This document shows positions 59,204 through 59,758 of a stretch of DNA of 59,758 nt, one piece after another. The notes below the pieces were generated by a model. That model was not told where the DNA came from. It ran no database searches and saw only the letters and a program-made list of their open reading frames with translations. Location: positions 1 through 59,758 of IMG/VR virus record IMGVR_UViG_3300025310_000004; one strand, 5' to 3'. Made by a program: the position numbers and the translations under genes. The DNA is from a virus (lineage: Duplodnaviria > Heunggongvirae > Uroviricota > Caudoviricetes). Within the stretch, counting starts at the first letter, position 1. Every line of letters begins with the position of its first letter.

Positions 59204-59447
59204 GGACTGCCCATGCGGTGGCTTCTGCACGGGAGCCAAGAACACCTTGGACTACTGCCCGAGGTGCGGTGACTTCAAGTCCCCAGACCGCCGCAAGGCC
59301 ATGGAGGTCTGTTGGCCCTGTGACACCTGGATGACTCTGGACTGGATCATCACTGAGGCAGAGGATCGCGACCTTGGACCCATGGCCATCTTGGGCCTTC
59401 TTCTCGATGCGCGAGATCGTCTGTTTCCCCTCAAGGAGTCAGCATGA
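59196..59447 (+). CDS. Cys-rich hypothetical protein
   Basis: GGAGG RBS, CPRC...C..C. Confidence 0.65.
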   Translation: MPEDCPCGGFCTGAKNTLDYCPRCGDFKSPDRRKAMEVCWPCDTWMTLDWIITEAEDRDLGPMAILGLLLDARDRLFPLKESA

Positions 59448-59692
59448 AGATCATCATGGAGCCAAGCGATCTCGGCACGCTGATGCACGCTGCGGCAGAT
59501 GAGGTCCTCTGCGATCTTGGCGAATGGGACGATGACAACAACTTCGTCATCGCCGCCCGCACCCTCACCGACAAGCAGTGGGGTGAGTTGATCAAGGGGG
59601 CAATCCACCGTGCCGCCCGCGAGGAGATGTATGGCTTCTCCTCGCTGCTGGGGGCCAAGAACGATCCGCCCGAGGTAGCGAGGTTCGACTGA
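59444..59692 (+). CDS. Hypothetical protein
   Basis: AAGGAG RBS, ATGA overlap. Confidence 0.7.
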   Translation: MKIIMEPSDLGTLMHAAADEVLCDLGEWDDDNNFVIAARTLTDKQWGELIKGAIHRAAREEMYGFSSLLGAKNDPPEVARFD

Positions 59693-59758
59693 TGACCGAT
59701 GAAGTGATGGACGGCTACAACGACCTCTACGACCAACTGGTGGACACCAACCCTCTGC
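59692..59758 (+). CDS. 5' end of a gene running off the window
   Basis: TGATG overlap, MTDEVMDGY... Confidence 0.5.
   Translation, partial: MTDEVMDGYNDLYDQLVDTNPL

Noticed and set aside
1-59758. tRNA, rRNA, integrase, structural or terminase genes
   Set aside because: No cloverleaf, TTCGA/T-loop context or protein motifs were recognised by eye. tRNAscan and HMM searches would be needed to exclude them fully.

Overview
This is a 59.8-kb segment of a large, high-GC dsDNA bacteriophage. The host is probably an Actinomycetota, possibly Acidimicrobiia. That inference rests on the Rpf-like gene, DUF1360, many leaderless genes, TT(G/A)TCCACA DnaA boxes and CGAAC-N4-GTTCG SOS boxes. No virion, terminase, integrase, tRNA, rRNA or CRISPR features were recognised. 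About 120 mostly small genes are present. Recognisable products are two DNA methyltransferases (one with a degenerate catalytic motif), HNH, LAGLIDADG and VRR-NUC nucleases, Mu Gam-like and ArdC-like proteins, a secreted Rpf-type transglycosylase, a replication initiator with internal iterons, a DnaB-N/AAA helicase, a short CCA-adding enzyme, a Pth2-like hydrolase, two HicA-like proteins, a vWA protein, a C1 peptidase, a GT-B glycosyltransferase, a sigma-4-HTH protein, a LexA-like winged helix and a JmjC pseudogene. The most striking content is non-coding. From about 6 to 37 kb the genome is an array of one- or two-gene cassettes with a stereotyped promoter (upstream box, TGTCRCACC-N7-TAnnnT, CACGGGG leader, CGACGAAAGG RBS). 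The spacers hold at least 17 perfect Gram-positive LexA boxes, 6 DnaA boxes, about 9 CGGCCAGT-N12-ACTGGCCG dyads and about 10 copies of a 31-bp palindrome. Motif density rises toward a T-depleted low-complexity block at 34.6-37.2 kb that may mark a genome end. A possible reading is an early host-takeover region that doubles as an operator-decoy (sponge) for host regulators. All family calls come from motif recognition by eye, not database searches.
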